Source: Raja brachyura (Eukaryota). From it: 64,000 bases of DNA. The stretch lies in contig OY740784.1 in assembly GCA_963514005.1 (NCBI GenBank), positions 94,736,001 to 94,800,000 of the forward strand, written 5' to 3'. The position numbers were made by a program, and so were the translations under genes. Below, one piece after another: positions 61,708 through 64,000 of this stretch; within the stretch, counting starts at the first letter, position 1, and every line of letters starts with the position of its first letter. Below the pieces are notes generated by a model. It searched no databases, had not been told where the DNA came from, and worked only from the letters and a program-made list of their open reading frames with translations.

Positions 61708-62425
61708 GCACTGGGTATATACTCGCAGGAGTTAAGAACAATGAGGGAGGACCTCATTGAAAAGTATAGAATTGTGAAAGACTTAGATAGAGTGGATGTG
61801 GAGAGGATGTTTCCACTAGTGGGATAGTCTAGGACTAGAGATCATAGGCTCAGAATTAAAGGACCTTCGTTTAGGAAGAAGTTGAGGAGAAATGTCTTTA
61901 CTCAGGGGGTGATGAATCTTTTAGTTCAGTTTAGAGATACAGTGTGGAAACTGGCCCTTTGGCCCACCGGGTACGCGCCGACTAGCAATCCCCACACATT
62001 AACACTATCCTATACCCACTAGGGACAATTTTTACATTTACCATGCCAATTAACCTACAAACCTGTGTGTCTTTGGAGTGTGGGAGGAAACCAGAGATCA
62101 CGGAGAAAACCAACGCAGGTCTCGGAGAGAACGTACAAACTCCATACAGACAGCCCTTGTAGTCGGGATCAAACCCGGGTGTCTGGTGCTGCATTTGCTG
62201 TAAGGCAGCAACTCTATCGCTGCGGCACCATGACTGCCCGTGAATCTGTGGAATTCTTTGCCACAGAAGACTGTGGAGGCAGTCATTGGATATTGAAAGC
62301 AGAGATAGATAGATTATTGATTAGTATAGGTGACAGCAGTTGTGGGGAGAATGTAGAAGAATAGGGTTAGGAGGTGGTGATAGATCTTCATAGGTCGAAT
62401 GGCCTAATTCTGCCCCTATCACATG
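61708..62425 (+). mobile_element. CR1 3' fragment interrupted by a V-SINE
   Basis: DRVDVERMFPLVG.SRTRDHRL; resumes at 62241. Confidence 0.7.
61920..62240 (-). mobile_element. HE1-like V-SINE with TSD tgaatct
   Basis: TSD at 61913-19 and 62241-47; V-domain and head present. Confidence 0.88.
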
Positions 62426-62504
62426 ATCTTTAGATGATCTACTGTCTCTGTGTAATCTACTATTCTTACACTCTTGTACTTAAGTATGATTGTTTACTGG
62501 GGTC

Positions 62505-62736
62505 AACAGGCCCCACAGGCCATCAGGACTATAAACTCCTATCTCGCCAGGGACTAATTTACTAATTTACTGTTGTGTTGTGTCTTTTTTTGTAAATTTA
62601 TTTTTTCCCCTAAAATGTAAAAACTGGTTCTGTTCAATTCTGTTCTGTTGTTTTTGCACAATCCGCAGGCATTGCCACTTTCATTTCACTGCACATCTTG
62701 TATGTGTATGTGACAAATAACTTGACTTGACTTGAC
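62505..62736 (+). mobile_element. Rex1-type 3'UTR with (acttg)n tail
   Basis: caggccatcaggactataaactc (AIRL-like end)...atttcactgcac...gtgacaaataa(cttga)3. Confidence 0.6.
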
Positions 62737-64000
62737 AAGGAAAGAGCGCTCATGTTGCAGCCCTGTTTTCACCAGTTTTTCCACCACCACGCAAAAGAAA
62801 CGCAAGACAGACACCATTGTATGCAGATGCTGAGAAGTGTGTTCAGCTCTGGCTGAACAATTTCTAACCTTGTGTGTGGACTCAATAAGAAGAAGGATTG
62901 TTACTGAACTGGATGAAAAAATGGAATTTCACTGTACCTAAATATATGTGCTAACAAAGTACCATTAAACCATTGACCATTCTGAACAATCAAATAATGG
63001 ATTATTTGAGTCTCCTTGTGGAATTAATCCATTGTATTGACAAATTGGCTTGTCAAATTCCAGTTACTCGTTCCGTAGATTGGGGACAGGACCACTTTGA
63101 TGAAAATTAGTGGGAAATGTTCATAATTATATAAATACAGCACCTCCAGTTTTGTGAGGTTAAAGTAGGATCTCAGCAGATGAATCAAATGGAATACACA
63201 GCATTCGAGTTACTGCAGAAGCCAGTGTTGACAGACCCATTTATCCAATATGTGATTTCAGAATGGAAAGCAGTTAAATTCATTAGCGTTGTTAGCACAT
63301 TTGCCATCTTGAAATAAGCTTGAAGCATAGCAGTTCAGGAGTATATTGACCTGGAGACATTGGGGTAGGGATCTGTCCCAACACACCATGCCAGACCTTA
63401 TCAGAGCAGCACACCTAATTTTCCCCAGAAATGCCAAGTTAACGTTGGCTGCTTCCTCCATTCTTCCCCCAAGTAATCACTAAAATAATTTTCCACTGGA
63501 ACACTCACAAATTTCAGCTTTTGGATTAAAAGCTTTGCTCTCATTCTTGGCCTCAGGAAAGTACCAAGAGAGCAGCATAGACAATCTGCTTTGGTTCTAA
63601 AGTTAGAATGATGCATGTTATATTTCTTATTTGACTAAATGTACATACAAAGGTATAAATTGCAGCCCAATGTGATAACGGAAGAGTGGTGATAGAGAAT
63701 TGGTATCCCACTCAACATCACTATAAGAAACAACAAGGAAGGTGAGAACAATTCATGGGTTTTATACAAATCTATATCCAAATTTGCTCTGCTATATCAC
63801 TTCAGCTGCAAAATCATTGAATGACAGTACAGGCTTGAGGGGCTGAATAGACTATCCCTGGTCTTTCATTCTTATTTCTAAATACTTATGGCCTACCGAT
63901 GCACACAACTACCTTTGGAGATACCTAAACCAGAAGGAGGAGGCACTTTAATAATGTAGACAGCATTCAGTCACCAAGGATGGGAATTGCTTCCAATTAG

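Overview
Eukaryotic, repeat-dense genomic DNA, apparently intronic or intergenic. The repeat set (HE1-type V-SINEs, several CR1 families, Rex1/Babar, Penelope-like elements) points to a cartilaginous fish, most likely a skate or ray; this is inference. No host protein-coding gene could be confidently identified, and nearly all long ORFs are transposon-derived. Main contents: a near-intact CR1 ORF2 (19753-22680, one frameshift); a full-length CR1 on the minus strand with an esterase-type ORF1 and a tandem-repeat 5'UTR (23092-27910); several further CR1 copies; a complete Passport-like Tc1 (DD34E) transposon (10803-12406) and its TIR-only MITE (42499-42851); four PIF/Harbinger MITEs sharing one TIR; a non-autonomous Helitron; a putative ~1 kb solo LTR with an open U3 frame; a GC-rich non-autonomous element with a Rex1-type 3' tail; about 10 V-SINEs; and many Penelope-derived short elements. 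The most notable signal is that last class: short Penelope-derived insertions carrying a minimal hammerhead-ribozyme core (CUGANGA-A-stemII-GAAACGUC). They are often palindromic, several have 9-14 bp TSDs, and they repeatedly break at the ribozyme. Coordinates were read by eye and may be off by a few bases.
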